From Aulosira sp. ZfuVER01 (lineage in GTDB: Bacteria; Cyanobacteriota; Cyanobacteriia; Cyanobacteriales; Nostocaceae), in the NCBI GenBank assembly GCA_034530615.2, contig JAVRCV020000059.1, positions 64,001 to 128,000 of the forward strand: DNA of 64,000 nt, written 5' to 3'. Numbering within the stretch: the first letter of the stretch is position 1; each line of letters starts with the position of its first letter. Under the pieces are notes generated by a model. That model did not search any database. It saw only the letters and a list, made by a program, of their open reading frames with translations, and was not told where the DNA came from. Below, in pieces: positions 63,563 to 64,000 of this stretch. Position numbers and translations under genes: made by a program.

Positions 63563-64000
63563 GAACTTACCTCTATAACTTCCAGCACAACTCTGGGGTT
63601 AAGAATCAAAAACCTTTGATTGCCACTAACCCAGCCATTTCAGATAATTCAATTTTATGTTTGCTTAATTTTGTTAAAAATAAGCTTACCTTTATCTATG
63701 CCAAAAAGGAAATACTTCAAATAAATAAATGAACGATAGTTACTCTAATTAATTCTTATATATTGCAGGATTTAAATAATAAATACTAACTATCAATTTC
63801 TATCTATGAATGAGATTTGTTAGGAATAAATACTTAACATCGGTTTTTTATTGACATAAATGACAAGAGACGCGATCGACTGCGCCTCTCTAAATCTGCT
63901 AAATTAGGGTTGACATTTGCGTAACTTTATAATCAAAACTACAAGCAACAATTGCGTTTGGCTGGTTAACTTGGCTGATGGGGGCGGGTTTCATGTCCCG

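Noticed and set aside
63600..63860. NdhR/CcmR (LysR) operator upstream of ndhF3
   Set aside because: Expected biologically, but the region is AT-rich and I could not pin a convincing palindrome
1..64000. High frequency of GCGATCGC
   Set aside because: Ordinary cyanobacterial HIP1; used only as a taxonomic clue

Overview
64-kb chromosomal window from a filamentous, probably heterocyst-forming cyanobacterium (Nostocales-like: abundant HIP1 GCGATCGC octamers, heptamer tandem repeats, devBCA-type exporter, ccmK3/K4, cdgR-sigG-sapG-leuS block, mntCAB, speY, ndhF3-ndhD3-cupA). Most of it is housekeeping or common accessory genes with several decayed pseudogenes. Two accessory regions stand out. 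(1) 22.9-29.5 kb: a putative conflict/immunity island. An EACC1-caspase-GUN4 pair is divergent from a translationally coupled three-gene operon (small membrane protein, stand-alone STAND-type NTPase, winged-helix+TPR protein). The membrane protein's C-terminal 2 x 21-aa pseudo-repeat recurs once inside the NTPase, an arrangement reminiscent of HET-S/NWD2-type amyloid signalling but with a split receptor. (2) 15.6-16.06 kb: a tandem array of three promoter + ~52-55-nt RNA + terminator units with covarying hairpins and variable 5' parts. One has 12-nt perfect complementarity to the start codon of a gene at 38.7 kb that carries the same promoter architecture. Also noted: a T9 frameshift at the start of an ethylene-receptor-like kinase, a Tat-signal beta-carbonic anhydrase inside the ndhF3-ndhD3-cupA operon, duplicated ccmK3/ccmK4 promoters, an internal start in an Rpn gene, and a missed 54-aa membrane protein. 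Family assignments come from recalled motifs; no searches were run.
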